Positions 38,344-48,447 of a stretch of 64,000 nucleotides of DNA are shown here, piece by piece. The DNA lies in NCBI GenBank assembly GCA_963799005.1, contig CAWCVK010000001.1, positions 988,066 through 1,052,065 on the forward strand, given 5' to 3'. The notes under the pieces were generated by a model. It was not told where the DNA came from. It worked only from the letters and a program-made list of their open reading frames with translations, and did no database searches. The number at the start of each line of letters is the position of its first letter. Position 1 is the stretch's first letter. Made by a program: the position numbers and the translations under genes. The DNA is from Candidatus Dormiibacterota bacterium. Its GTDB lineage: Bacteria > Chloroflexota > Dormibacteria > Aeolococcales > Aeolococcaceae.

Positions 38344-39606
38344 CTATGCCACCTGAACGATCGGTGGCACCGCGCCGCGGGCCGCGCGCCGGGTGTCGGC
38401 CCACCCGTAGATCGTGGCCGCGGCGCCGATGAGCCCCGCGACGAGAAAGGCGAGACCGGTTCCGCCCGCCTGGGCGAGCCAGCCGGCGAGAAGGCCGCCC
38501 AGCGGAGCGGTGCCGAAGAACACGTACCCGTAGATGCCGAGCACGCGTCCGCGCATCTGGTCAGTGACCGCCAGCTGCAGCGTCGCGTTGGCCTGCGACG
38601 AATAGAGCGTGAACGCGATGCCGGTCACGACCAGCGCGAGGCCTGCCGCCCAGGCGACGTGGAGCGGGGCAAGGGCGATCTCCGACACGGAGAACAGCGC
38701 GGCGCCGACCACCATGGTGTGGCGGCTCGCCCGGCCGAGCGACGCGGAGAACAGCGCGCCGACCAGCGCGCCGAAGCCGAACAGCGCGGAGAGGATCCCG
38801 AAGATCTCGGGCCCGCTGTCGAGCGTGCGCGACGCGAGGACGGGCAGCAGCACGTTGAAGTTGATGCTGACGGTCGCGATGATCAGCATCATCACCAGCA
38901 CCGAGCGGATCACCGGCTTGCGCCATGCGAACTTCAGACCCTCGAGCGATCCGCGCAGGAGGTTCTGGTTGCGCTGATCCTTGCGAACCGGGAAGAGGTC
39001 GTGCACGCGCATGAACCAGAGCGCGGCGAGGACCGCCAGGTAGCTGAGCGCGTTGATCAGGAAGCAGACGCCGACACCGGCGACGGCGATCAGCCCCCCG
39101 GCGATCGCGGGGCCGACGATGCGCGATGCGTTGAAGAGGCTGGAGTTCAGCGCCACGGCGTTGGGGAGCTCATCGCGCCCGACCATCTGAATGGTGAACG
39201 CCTGGCGGACCGGGGTGTCGAGCACGGTGATCAGGCCGGTGATCCCCGCGATCACGTAGACCTCCCACACGGTCGCGTGCCCGGTGAGCGTCAGGCCGGC
39301 GAGCAGCCCAGCGGTCACCATGAACGCGCCCTGGGTGCCGAGCAGGACCTTGCGCTGATCGATCCGGTCCGCGATGGCGCCGCCGAACAAGCCGAGCAGC
39401 CCGTAGGGTCCGAACTGGCAGACGGCGAGGATGCCGACCGCGAGCGGCGAGTGCGTGTTCTGCACGACGAACCACGCCTGGGCGACGCTCTGCATCCAGG
39501 TGCCGCTGATCGAGACGACCTGCCCGAAGAAATACAGGCGGTAGTTGTAATGGCGGCGCAGGCTCATGAAGGTGCGCGCCGTGGCGTTGCCGATGCCGAG
39601 GCTCAC
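38344..39606 (-). CDS. MFS transporter (MFS_3 / EntS-like exporter family)
   Basis: About 12 [31 protein letters not shown] 39606 overlaps the marR stop (alternative ATG 39567). Confidence 0.8.
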   Translation of the reverse strand: MSLGIGNATARTFMSLRRHYNYRLYFFGQVVSISGTWMQSVAQAWFVVQNTHSPLAVGILAVCQFGPYGLLGLFGGAIADRIDQRKVLLGTQGAFMVTAGLLAGLTLTGHATVWEVYVIAGITGLITVLDTPVRQAFTIQMVGRDELPNAVALNSSLFNASRIVGPAIAGGLIAVAGVGVCFLINALSYLAVLAALWFMRVHDLFPVRKDQRNQNLLRGSLEGLKFAWRKPVIRSVLVMMLIIATVSINFNVLLPVLASRTLDSGPEIFGILSALFGFGALVGALFSASLGRASRHTMVVGAALFSVSEIALAPLHVAWAAGLALVVTGIAFTLYSSQANATLQLAVTDQMRGRVLGIYGYVFFGTAPLGGLLAGWLAQAGGTGLAFLVAGLIGAAATIYGWADTRRAARGAVPPIVQVA

Positions 39607-40043
39607 CCTGCTTGAGCCAGGAGCGCCTCGAGTGGCGCGATCGCCCCGGCGACCGCGGCGAGGTCCGTCTCGGCGAGCTTGCTGAGACGGGCCGCCAGCC
39701 AGGCGGTTCGCTTCGACCGGATCGATTTGAGCACGCGCTGGCCTTCCGGGGTGACCTCGAGATCAACTCGGCGCCGGTCGCGTTCCGCCTGCCGGCGCGT
39801 GACCAACCCGGACGCCTCGAGACGGTCGATGTGGCTGCACACCGACGGCATCGACGTCCCTTCGCGGGTGGCCAACTCGGCGACCCCGATACCGGGGTTG
39901 CCCTCGATGAGGCCGAGCAGCGAGAGCTGTCCGGGCGAGACGCCGGCGATGTGCACCTCACGGCGGAGGTGGCGGTTGAGGTGGAGCAGCACCGGGCGCA
40001 GCCGGTTGGCGACATCGACGGGTGTGCTCGTGGCGGTGGACAT
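39603..40043 (-). CDS. MarR-family transcriptional regulator
   Basis: 146 aa winged HTH (SPGQLSLLGLIEGNPGIGVAELATREGTSMPSVCSHIDRLEASGLVTR..DRRRV). Confidence 0.85.
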   Translation of the reverse strand: MSTATSTPVDVANRLRPVLLHLNRHLRREVHIAGVSPGQLSLLGLIEGNPGIGVAELATREGTSMPSVCSHIDRLEASGLVTRRQAERDRRRVDLEVTPEGQRVLKSIRSKRTAWLAARLSKLAETDLAAVAGAIAPLEALLAQAG

Positions 40044-40046
40044 CTG

Positions 40047-40075
40047 AATTGATTATATAGCCTAACTAATTTTCT
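40047..40075. promoter_or_regulatory. AT-rich imperfect inverted repeat in the marR / DUF2330-like divergent region (candidate MarR operator/promoter)
   Basis: AATTGATTAtatagccTAACTAATT in an otherwise GC-rich context, starting 4 nt from the marR start codon. Confidence 0.35.
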
Positions 40076-40167
40076 CGCAAGCCCCGTTTTGGGCGGCCCG
40101 GGAACCCGACGGCGGCTCGGCGCGTCTCCGTCTCCGCACGATGTGAACCCGCCTGGAGGACCCTGAG

Positions 40168-41241
40168 ATGCGCAAGTTGCTGTTCGCCGGTACGGGCGTC
40201 GCCGCCGCGGTGGTGCTCCAGGCGGGATCGGCCCTGGCGTGCGGCGGGCTGGTCGCGCCCGACGGCGACGTTCGGCTTGCCAAGGCGACGACGTTCGTCG
40301 CCTGGTCCGCAGGCGTCGAGCACTACGTCACCAGCTTCGCCTTCACCGGCGCGGTCACCGACGTGGGATGGATCGTGCCGCTGCCGGCGATCCCGACATC
40401 GATCAAGGAGGCGGGCGCGTGGACGCTGCAGCGGCTGGAACGCGAGTTCGCCCCTCCGGAGCTGCTCCAGCTCGATGCTGGCGCACCGGCAGCCTACGCT
40501 CCGGCGATCGTGATCGAGCAGGTGCAGGTCGAGGCGCTCGACGTCACCGTCCTCAAGGGGAGCGGTCAGGCGGTCATCGACTGGTGCACCCACAACGGGT
40601 TCCTCGTCTCCGCGGAGATCAAGAACCACCTGCTCCGCTACGCGTCGTCGACCCCGATCTTCATGGCCGCGAAATACAACACGTCGCTGGCGCTGCAGCG
40701 TCACCAGCAGGCGGGTGACGGCGTGCCCCTGCTGATCACCATGCGCACGCCCCGCCTGTGGGTTCCGCTCGAGATTCTCGCCAGTGACGGGGTCCCGGTT
40801 AACGCAGACCTCTTCCTGCTGACCGACGACCCGCTGCGCACCGGAAACGGCGTGGCCGTGACGTCGAGCCTCGCCGACGGGACCACGCTGGACAGCGCTC
40901 CGGGATTCACCGTCGCGGGTGCCGAAGCGATGAGCACGATCCTGCACCACGACCTCTCCATCGACCGGAACATGTCCTGGGTACCGGCGCGCGGATACGT
41001 CACCTACCTGCGGCTGAACGCGCCCGGAGCGCAGGTCAACTACGACCTCGGCGTGGGAGCCGACAACGTCATTCGGCTCACGGCGTTCGGTTCGTCAGCC
41101 GCCAGTCCCGTCGCGACCGCCGCGGTTCCGGTGCCCCCCGACCCGTCCGACCTGGTCTTTCCGATGCTGCTGATCGTCGGCACCATTATCGTGGTGATCC
41201 CGGTGTCGGTCTGGCAGCTCCGGCCGCGTGTCAGAGGTTGA
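40168..41241 (+). CDS. Secreted DUF2330-like protein with C-terminal TM anchor
   Basis: GGAGG RBS. Signal peptide ending ..GSALACGGLVAP (Cys-Gly-Gly after the signal, as I recall for DUF2330). C-terminal hydrophobic VFPMLLIVGTIIVVIPV. Confidence 0.45.
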   Translation: MRKLLFAGTGVAAAVVLQAGSALACGGLVAPDGDVRLAKATTFVAWSAGVEHYVTSFAFTGAVTDVGWIVPLPAIPTSIKEAGAWTLQRLEREFAPPELLQLDAGAPAAYAPAIVIEQVQVEALDVTVLKGSGQAVIDWCTHNGFLVSAEIKNHLLRYASSTPIFMAAKYNTSLALQRHQQAGDGVPLLITMRTPRLWVPLEILASDGVPVNADLFLLTDDPLRTGNGVAVTSSLADGTTLDSAPGFTVAGAEAMSTILHHDLSIDRNMSWVPARGYVTYLRLNAPGAQVNYDLGVGADNVIRLTAFGSSAASPVATAAVPVPPDPSDLVFPMLLIVGTIIVVIPVSVWQLRPRVRG

Positions 41242-43153
41242 GGATCTCGACCGGCTCGATGCTCTCGGCGAGGGTCATACCCGTCACGGTGGCGAAGAAG
41301 TACAGCTGCGCCTCGAGCGTCCGCGCGATGTTGGCCGCCTGGCGGAACCCGTGCTGCTCGCCCGGGTATCCGATGTATGCGCACGGGACGCCGGCATCGC
41401 GCAGCGCCGCGAACATCATCTCCGCCTGGTTCGCCGGGACGACGGGGTCGTCGAGACCCTGCAGGAGCAACACCGCGCCGCGCACCCGGTCGATGAAATG
41501 CACGGGTGAGCGGTCATACATCCCGCGGCCGGTGGGCAGCGGCGCGTCGTAACGCGACTCGAACTTGTGCCCTGATTGCGCGAACAGCGCTTCGAGGTCG
41601 GCGATCCCGAAGAGGCTCGCGCCCGCCTGAAAGACGTCGTTGAAGGTCATCGCGCAGAGCACCACGTACCCGCCGGCGCTCCCGCCGTTGATGAAGAGAC
41701 GGTCGGGATCCACTTCACCGATGTCGACGAGATGTCGCGCGCCCGCCACGCAATCGCCGACGTCGACCACTCCCCATTGCTGGTTGAGGCGATCGCGGTA
41801 CGCGCGGCCGTACCCGCTGCTGCCACCGTAGTCCACGTCGAGGTAGGCGAAGCCGCGGCTGGTCCAGAACTGCACGCCGGGGTCGAGCGCAGAGCTCGTC
41901 GCCGATGTGGGCCCACCGTGCGCGTGCAGGAGCAATGGCGGTTTGCGACCCGGCTCCGTCTCGACGTCATCGTTGCGCGGCGCGTAGAACCAGGCGTGCG
42001 TGGTCTCACCGCCATGCCCGGGGAAGGTCACGTGGCGCGGTCTCGAGAGGATTGATTCGTCGATCGCCGCCGCGTCGCTGTCGGAGCGCACCGTGCGGTA
42101 CGCGCCGGTCGTGAGGTTGCAACGCACCACACCCTGCGGCCGGTCGGGACCTCCGGCGTGAAAGAGCACATCGTCTCCCCGCGCGCTGACGTGCAGGCCG
42201 AACTCGGTGAAGGGAACGTCGAGGCGAGCCGGCTGACCCGAGTCGTCGAGGACGAGGAACTCCCATGCCCCGTTGCGACACGCCCACAGCACGATCCGCC
42301 CGTCACCGCAGAACGCGTATGTCGAAAGGCCGAACACCCATTGCGGCGCACCGCATTCAGCCTCCATCGGCGCGAGCGCATCGACCTTCGCGCCGTCACA
42401 TCGATACAGGTTCCACCACCCCGTACGGTCCGAGGTGAAGTGCGCCACCGACTCCGGGGACCAGGACGGCTGAAAGATCAACTCGGCGCGTCCGCCGGCG
42501 ACCAGCCGTGGGTCACGAGGGGTCCCGGATGCATCGATGCCGGCGACCCAGAGCTCGCATCCGTCCCAGGGCATGTTCGGGAAATTCCAGGTGAGCCACA
42601 GCATGCTGCCGCCATCCGGGCTCACCCGAGGAGTCGAATAGAAGTCGTTGCCGGACAACAGCGAGACGGGCGGGCCACCGCCCAGCGGGATCGCGCGGAC
42701 ATCGTTCACGACCGTGGCGCCGCGGTGTTCCTCGACCACGCAGATGAGCCGGTCCCGGGTGGCGTCGATCTCGAAGTCGGCGTAGCGCAGACCGGGGTCG
42801 ACCGGCGTGAGTGGCATTGGCGCGGCGCCCGGTAGGAGCCTGTGGATCCTTCCGTCGTCCGCGTTGGAGAAGAACACCGTCCCGTCGTGGGCGAGCAGCG
42901 CGGCGCCGCCATACTCGTGCACCCGGGTGCGAGCCGAGTACGGTGCCTCGATCAGGTCGGCGATGACGCCGTCGTGCTCGCGGACGATGACGCAGCGGCC
43001 GTGCTCGGCCGGGCGGCCCTCGATCCAGTACGCATCGCCGCCGCTGAGCTGCACATCGCCGAGCCGGAGCCTTCCGGCGGCGGCCAGCTGGGCCGTGATC
43101 GGCGACCGCCATACCGAGGACGGCGCACCCCTCGCTCCCTGGCGCAGGGTCAC
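41231..43153 (-). CDS. S9 family serine peptidase (prolyl oligopeptidase / acylaminoacyl-peptidase-like) with N-terminal beta-propeller
   Basis: GTG 43153 overlaps the upstream stop (GTGA). Catalytic GGSAGGYVVLCAM, with later DDPVVP and GEQHGF. Confidence 0.8.
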   Translation of the reverse strand: MTLRQGARGAPSSVWRSPITAQLAAAGRLRLGDVQLSGGDAYWIEGRPAEHGRCVIVREHDGVIADLIEAPYSARTRVHEYGGAALLAHDGTVFFSNADDGRIHRLLPGAAPMPLTPVDPGLRYADFEIDATRDRLICVVEEHRGATVVNDVRAIPLGGGPPVSLLSGNDFYSTPRVSPDGGSMLWLTWNFPNMPWDGCELWVAGIDASGTPRDPRLVAGGRAELIFQPSWSPESVAHFTSDRTGWWNLYRCDGAKVDALAPMEAECGAPQWVFGLSTYAFCGDGRIVLWACRNGAWEFLVLDDSGQPARLDVPFTEFGLHVSARGDDVLFHAGGPDRPQGVVRCNLTTGAYRTVRSDSDAAAIDESILSRPRHVTFPGHGGETTHAWFYAPRNDDVETEPGRKPPLLLHAHGGPTSATSSALDPGVQFWTSRGFAYLDVDYGGSSGYGRAYRDRLNQQWGVVDVGDCVAGARHLVDIGEVDPDRLFINGGSAGGYVVLCAMTFNDVFQAGASLFGIADLEALFAQSGHKFESRYDAPLPTGRGMYDRSPVHFIDRVRGAVLLLQGLDDPVVPANQAEMMFAALRDAGVPCAYIGYPGEQHGFRQAANIARTLEAQLYFFATVTGMTLAESIEPVEILNL

Positions 43154-43878
43154 GCGGTTGGAACGACGACGAACTGCTCCGCGAGACGCCCGGGCTCCAG
43201 TCCGTTCATCTTCGCAGTGGCCTCGAGCCAGCCTCGCACCCGCTGCTCGAGGGCGTCCCAGTCGCTGTACTGGCTGCGATGGCAGCGCAGCGCTGCCAGC
43301 TTGCGATCCGCCGTGTCGGTGACGTCGACGACCTGGACCTCGTGGCCCGCGCCCATCGCGGCGCTCATCCAGACCTCGGCCACGGTGTACGGTTCGAGGC
43401 CTTCGACCTCCAGCAGCTCTCGATGCGCGAATGGGTTTCGAGCGTCGGGGTAGACCGCGCACAGCGCCGCCTCGCCGGCCGCGAGGTGATCGGGGTGGCT
43501 GGCGAAGATGCGCGTGAAGTTGCGCACCGGCGACTGCGTGATCACCCGCTGGGGCTGCTTCACCCGGATCACCCGGGTGATGTCGCGGCGCAGCTCGATG
43601 CTCGCGGTGAGCCGTCCGTCCGGGTATCCGAGGAAGGTGAGGTCGGTGACGCCGACCTCGGCGGCGGCGGCGGTCTGCTCGATCCGCCGTATGCCGGCCA
43701 TCTGCTCGCGGGTGATGCTTCGATCTGATCCCCCGGCATCACCGTCGGTCACGATGCAGTACGAGACGGCCACGCCGGCGTCGGTCCACTTCGCGGTGGT
43801 CCCAGCGTTGCCGAAGTCGCAGTCGTCGGGATGGGCCACCACCACCAGGACGCGTTCGATTCCGTCGATCTCCGACAC
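43150..43878 (-). CDS. PIG-L / LmbE family deacetylase (MshB/Mca-like)
   Basis: RVLVVVAHPDDCDFGNAGTTAKW..VSYCIVTDGDAGG and HPDH motifs. The start is uncertain: GTG 43878 was chosen, but the ORF opens at 44073 and would then overlap the divergent gene. Confidence 0.7.
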   Translation of the reverse strand: MSEIDGIERVLVVVAHPDDCDFGNAGTTAKWTDAGVAVSYCIVTDGDAGGSDRSITREQMAGIRRIEQTAAAAEVGVTDLTFLGYPDGRLTASIELRRDITRVIRVKQPQRVITQSPVRNFTRIFASHPDHLAAGEAALCAVYPDARNPFAHRELLEVEGLEPYTVAEVWMSAAMGAGHEVQVVDVTDTADRKLAALRCHRSQYSDWDALEQRVRGWLEATAKMNGLEPGRLAEQFVVVPTA

Positions 43879-43938
43879 GTCACGGATGGTAGCCAAAGCG
43901 GACGCCGGAGCCCCTCCGACCCGTGCGACACTCGGTGC

Positions 43939-44442
43939 ATGCCTCCTGAAAAGCCCACCCACCCGGACCTCGGACGGCTCGCCGAGCTGCTCGGTGACTG
44001 GCGTGGCGAGGGCGAGGGGCAATGGGCTGGGGGCGAGCCGTTCCGCTACCTCGAATGGGTCAGCTTCGGGCACAACGGCAAGCCATTCATCTCATATGCG
44101 CAGCGAACGGCGGCGGCGGACGACGGGCGCCCGCTGCACGCCGAGACCGGCTACTGGCGAGCGCTCGGGAGCGGCGTCGTGGAGGTGGCGCTGACCCATC
44201 CGATCGGCGTCGTCGAGATCGAGACCGGCCGCTGGGAGGACAATCGCCTGACCCTGCGCAGCGCGGCCGTGGAGTGCACGCCCACCGCCAAGACGGTCAC
44301 CGGCCTGCAGCGCGATTTCGAGCTCGACGGCGACGTCCTCCTCTACCGCCTGCGCATGGCCACCGACGGCGGCGAGCCCCGGCCGCACCTGTCCGCCCGG
44401 TTGCGCCGGGTCCGCGCGGGCGCCGGTGCCGAGGAGTCCTGA
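43939..44442 (+). CDS. FABP-like / nitrobindin (DUF1794, UPF0678) beta-barrel protein
   Basis: ATG 43939. LGRLAELLGDWRGEGEGQW..FRYLEWVSFGHNGKPFISY..HAETGYWR. Confidence 0.65.
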   Translation: MPPEKPTHPDLGRLAELLGDWRGEGEGQWAGGEPFRYLEWVSFGHNGKPFISYAQRTAAADDGRPLHAETGYWRALGSGVVEVALTHPIGVVEIETGRWEDNRLTLRSAAVECTPTAKTVTGLQRDFELDGDVLLYRLRMATDGGEPRPHLSARLRRVRAGAGAEES

Positions 44443-44445
44443 CGC

Positions 44446-45387
44446 GTGCTCGGCATCCCCTTTCCAAACCCGGTGGACCGTCTCCTCGCCCGCCCGAAGA
44501 CGTCCTCGCCGCGATCGCTCCCGCTGCGCGATCCGACCCCCGACCCGGGGCTCTTCGGGCCGGGCTCGGTCACCTGGCTGGTCATGCGCGAGCCGCGTCT
44601 CCTGCTCGCCGCCGGCCGGGCGCTGCTCCTCCAGGCGGCGAATCCGCTGGTCGCCCAGGGCGCCATCGAGCACAGCACCTACAGGTCGGATCCCTACGGG
44701 CGGCTCGATCGGACGGTACGGTGGGTCACCATCGTCTGCTTCGGGACGACCGAGGAGGCGGAGCGCGTCTCCGGGCGGGTGAGCGGCCTGCACCGGCCGG
44801 TCTCGGGGACGCTGCCGGCGGCGAACGCGACCTCGAGGGTGCCGCCCGGAACACCATATTCCGCAGGCGATCCCAGGCTCCTGCGCTGGGTTCACGCGTC
44901 CTTCGTCGACACCATGCTGGTCGCCCACGACGCCCTGGTCGGCAGTCTCACCGAGAGTGAGCGCGACGCGTTCGTGCGCGAGTGGGACGCGGTGGCCCGG
45001 CTCATGGGACTCCGCCGGAGCCGGTGCTGGCCGGATGCGGCGGCACTGCGCAGGTACGTCGATCGTGAGGTCCGTCGAGGACAGGCGCTTCCTGGCGCGG
45101 GCTCGCGGGAGGTCGCGGACACGGTCCTGCACCCTCCGGTGAGATCACCATTGCTCCGCCCGGGCATGGACACGCTTGCCTTCATCTCGACCGGTCTGCT
45201 GCCCCCCGAGCTGCGCCGGGGATACGGGCTCGTGTGGACCCCCGCTCACGCCGCCTCCTTCGCGGCACTTACCCGGTCACTGCGCCTGACGGCCCCGGCG
45301 ATGCCGCGGCGGCTGCGCATCTCGCCCGTCCACGACCTCGCATTGGCGCGAGCCGAGGGGCGCTGGCCGGATACCAAGGCCGCCTGA
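44446..45387 (+). CDS. DUF2236 / MpaB-family oxygenase
   Basis: GPGSVTWLVMREPRLLLAAGRALLLQAANPLVAQGAIEHSTYRSDPYGRLDRT..FG..VSGLHRPVSG. Confidence 0.6.
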   Translation: MLGIPFPNPVDRLLARPKTSSPRSLPLRDPTPDPGLFGPGSVTWLVMREPRLLLAAGRALLLQAANPLVAQGAIEHSTYRSDPYGRLDRTVRWVTIVCFGTTEEAERVSGRVSGLHRPVSGTLPAANATSRVPPGTPYSAGDPRLLRWVHASFVDTMLVAHDALVGSLTESERDAFVREWDAVARLMGLRRSRCWPDAAALRRYVDREVRRGQALPGAGSREVADTVLHPPVRSPLLRPGMDTLAFISTGLLPPELRRGYGLVWTPAHAASFAALTRSLRLTAPAMPRRLRISPVHDLALARAEGRWPDTKAA

Positions 45388-45521
45388 GCGGCCGGCGCTC
45401 ACTCAGCAGGGTGAATTTCGGCCCGAATGGTGATCGAGCCGGTGTCGAATCGCTACCCTACGACTGCGTCCTGGGGCAAAGGGTACGCCGGCGGACATAC
45501 GTCGTCACAAGGAGGCGTTAC

Positions 45522-47372
45522 ATGACCTTTCGGAGTTGGCGGGCCAAGTCGGTGCCCGCCGTCATCGGCCTGGGAGCGATCGTGCTCGCCGCGTGCGGGA
45601 GCAGCAGCCCGGCCGCAACCGGCCCCGCGGTGACCAAGACCACGGCGACCTTCGCCGAGGGCCAGGGCGCCCAGCCGAACTACATCTTCCCGCTCGCCTC
45701 GCTCGCGTACTTCAGCGTCGCGAACCTCAGCCAGTTCCAGTTCCTCATGTACCGGCCCCTCTACTGGTTCGGTACCAACGGCCAGGTCCAGCTGAACAGC
45801 AGCCTCAGCCTCGCCGATCCTCCCGTCTATTCCTCCGACGGCAGATCGGTGACCATGACCCTCAAGGGCTGGAAGTGGTCGGACGGAACCCAGATCACCG
45901 CGCGTGACATCCAGTTCTGGCAGAACATGGTCACGGCCAACAAGACCAACTGGGCCGGCTACTCGCCGGGCGAGTATCCCGACAACGTCACCAGCACGAC
46001 GATCAGCCCGACCAATCCGCTGCAGATCACCTTCAACCTCAGCCAGCAGTACGGCTCGTACTTCTTCACCTACAACGAGCTGAGCCAGATCACCCCGCTC
46101 CCCCAGCACGTCTGGGACAAGGAGTCGGCGAGCGGCGCGGTCGGCAACTATGACCAGACCCCGGCGGGCGCGCAGGCCGTCTACAAGTACCTGGATGCGC
46201 AGTCGAAGTCGATCGCGACCTACGACACCGACCCGCTGTGGCAGGTGGTTTCCGGTCCGTGGAAGCTCAAGTCGATGGACACCGCGGGCAACATCTCGAT
46301 GGTGCCCAACCCCGGTTACGGCGGACCCATCAAGCCCACCCTGACCCAGTTCAACGAGGTTCCGTTCACCAAGGACACCGCCGAGTTCAACCAGCTCAAG
46401 TCGGCGACCTCGGTCAACAACGCCACCATCGACTGGGGCTATATCCCGGATGCGGATGTGCTCCAGAGGGCCTCGCTGGCCAACATCTACAACTTTTCGA
46501 CGTGGGCGGGCTGGCAGATCACCTACTTCCCGGAGAACTTCACCAACCCGACGAGCGGACCGATCTTCAAGCAGCTGTACTTCCGGCAGGCGATGCAGTA
46601 CCTGGTCGACCAGAACACCTTCATCAGCAAGGCGTTCTTCGGATACGGCTACCCGACCTATGGCCCGGTTCCGACCAAGCCGTCCTCGAACTTCGTCGAC
46701 CCGTTCGAGCGGAGCAATCCCTACCCGTACAGCCCGAGCAAGGCCACGTCCCTGCTCCAGGCCAACGGGTGGACGGTCAACGCCGGCGGGGTGAGCACGT
46801 GCACCAGCCCGGGCACCGGCACCGGCCAGTGCGGCGCCGGGATCCCACAGGGCGCCAAGGCGTCCTTCAACCTCCAGTACGAGAGCGGGTCATCCTCCCT
46901 GGACCAGGAGATGGCACAGTTCAAGACGGACTACGCGCTCGCCGGCATCGCGATCAACCTGACCACCGCGCCCTTCAACACGGTGATCGGCAACGCGGCG
47001 CCGTGCAAGGCCGGTCAGGCGTGCACCTGGGACATGCTGTTCTGGGGTGGTGGCTGGATCTACGCTCCGGACTACGAGCCGACCGGCGATGAGCTCTGGT
47101 CGTGCACCGGCACCGGCGCCAACGTGCAGTACGCGGGATCGGACTCCGGCGGCTACTGCGACCCGCAGGCCCAGTCCGACATCCTCGCCACCGAGACGAG
47201 CAGCAACGTGCAGGCCATGTACACCTACGAGGACTACCTCGCGAAGCAGCTGCCGGTCATCTGGATGCCGACCGCCTACGCTCAGCTCAACATGATCAAC
47301 AAGAATCTGAAGGGCACCCAGCCGCTGGATCCGCTCCTCCAGATCTATCCCGAGAACTGGCGCTGGTCCTGA
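45522..47372 (+). CDS. ABC transporter substrate-binding lipoprotein, peptide/nickel (family 5) type
   Basis: GGAGG RBS. Lipobox IVLAACGSS. 616 aa, with family-5-like segments (FQFLMYRPLYWF, WSDGTQITARD). Confidence 0.8.
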   Translation: MTFRSWRAKSVPAVIGLGAIVLAACGSSSPAATGPAVTKTTATFAEGQGAQPNYIFPLASLAYFSVANLSQFQFLMYRPLYWFGTNGQVQLNSSLSLADPPVYSSDGRSVTMTLKGWKWSDGTQITARDIQFWQNMVTANKTNWAGYSPGEYPDNVTSTTISPTNPLQITFNLSQQYGSYFFTYNELSQITPLPQHVWDKESASGAVGNYDQTPAGAQAVYKYLDAQSKSIATYDTDPLWQVVSGPWKLKSMDTAGNISMVPNPGYGGPIKPTLTQFNEVPFTKDTAEFNQLKSATSVNNATIDWGYIPDADVLQRASLANIYNFSTWAGWQITYFPENFTNPTSGPIFKQLYFRQAMQYLVDQNTFISKAFFGYGYPTYGPVPTKPSSNFVDPFERSNPYPYSPSKATSLLQANGWTVNAGGVSTCTSPGTGTGQCGAGIPQGAKASFNLQYESGSSSLDQEMAQFKTDYALAGIAINLTTAPFNTVIGNAAPCKAGQACTWDMLFWGGGWIYAPDYEPTGDELWSCTGTGANVQYAGSDSGGYCDPQAQSDILATETSSNVQAMYTYEDYLAKQLPVIWMPTAYAQLNMINKNLKGTQPLDPLLQIYPENWRWS

Positions 47373-47407
47373 GCCAGGCCGTCTGACCAACCCTTCACGA
47401 CCTCGAC

Positions 47408-47437
47408 GGGGGATGCCGGCAGCGGCCGGCATCCCCC
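47408..47437 (+). terminator. Strong intra-operon hairpin (13-bp stem, 4-nt loop) between the binding-protein and permease genes
   Basis: GGGGGATGCCGGC agcg GCCGGCATCCCCC, read directly. No T-tract, so it may act as an attenuator or mRNA stabiliser rather than a full terminator. Confidence 0.55.
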
Positions 47438-47490
47438 CGTCCGTTCCGCTACTCTTTCATGCAATGGGCGTCAGGGCGAGGTAGGAGCAC

Positions 47491-48447
47491 ATGCTCGGCT
47501 ACATCATCCGGCGGGTACTGCAGGCGATCCTGATCACGATCGGGGTGACGCTGATCGTTTTCATCATGCTGCACCTCATCCCTGGGGGCAGCGTGGCCAG
47601 GAACATCCTCGGCCCCCGGGCCAACGCCGCCCAGATCGCCCAGTTCAACCATGACAACGAACTCGACCAGCCACTGCCGCTGCAGTACCTGACCTACCTC
47701 TGGCAGCTGGCGCACGGGAATTTCGGCTTCTCGTACAAGCTCAACCAGGGTGTCGGGTCGATCCTGGTCCAGTACCTCCCCAAGACGCTGCTGCTGCTCG
47801 GCCTGTCCTACATCGTCGCGATCGTCATCGCGATCCCTCTCGGGATCTACCAGGCGGTCCGGCGCAACAAGGTGGACGACTACATCTTCACCGGTGCGTC
47901 GTTCGTCCTCTACTCGATGCCGGTGTTCTGGCTGGGCATCATCCTCGTCGTGCTCTTCAGCTTCATCCTCCACTGGTTCCCCGCCGAGGGACCCCAGGGC
48001 GCGTACGTCACCGATGACTTCAGCCAGCTGAGCTCGTTGATCCTGCCGGTCGCGACGCTCTCCCTGGTGACGATCGCCTCCTTCAGCCGGTACATGCGCT
48101 CGTCAACCCTGGAGAACATGGTCCAGGACTACACGCGGACCGCGCGCGCCAAGGGCGCCTCGAACTCCAGGGTGCTGTTCGTACATGTGCTGCGCAACGC
48201 GATGATCCCCATCCTCACGCTGATCGGGCTGTCGGTGGGTTATGTCTTCAGCGGTGCGCTCATCACCGAAGCGCTCTTCAACTACCCCGGGATCGGCTAC
48301 ATCTTCTGGAACGCGACACTGACGACCGACTATCCGATCATCCTCGGCGTGATCGTCGTGACCGGCTTCGCAACCGTCCTCGGTTCGCTCATGGCCGATG
48401 TCATGTATGCGATCGCCGACCCACGCGTGAGGTACCGCCGAGCATGA
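47491..48447 (+). CDS. ABC transporter permease (DppB/OppB-like)
   Basis: MLGYIIRRVLQAILITIGVTLIVFIMLHLIPG and an EAA-like loop. Confidence 0.9.
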   Translation: MLGYIIRRVLQAILITIGVTLIVFIMLHLIPGGSVARNILGPRANAAQIAQFNHDNELDQPLPLQYLTYLWQLAHGNFGFSYKLNQGVGSILVQYLPKTLLLLGLSYIVAIVIAIPLGIYQAVRRNKVDDYIFTGASFVLYSMPVFWLGIILVVLFSFILHWFPAEGPQGAYVTDDFSQLSSLILPVATLSLVTIASFSRYMRSSTLENMVQDYTRTARAKGASNSRVLFVHVLRNAMIPILTLIGLSVGYVFSGALITEALFNYPGIGYIFWNATLTTDYPIILGVIVVTGFATVLGSLMADVMYAIADPRVRYRRA

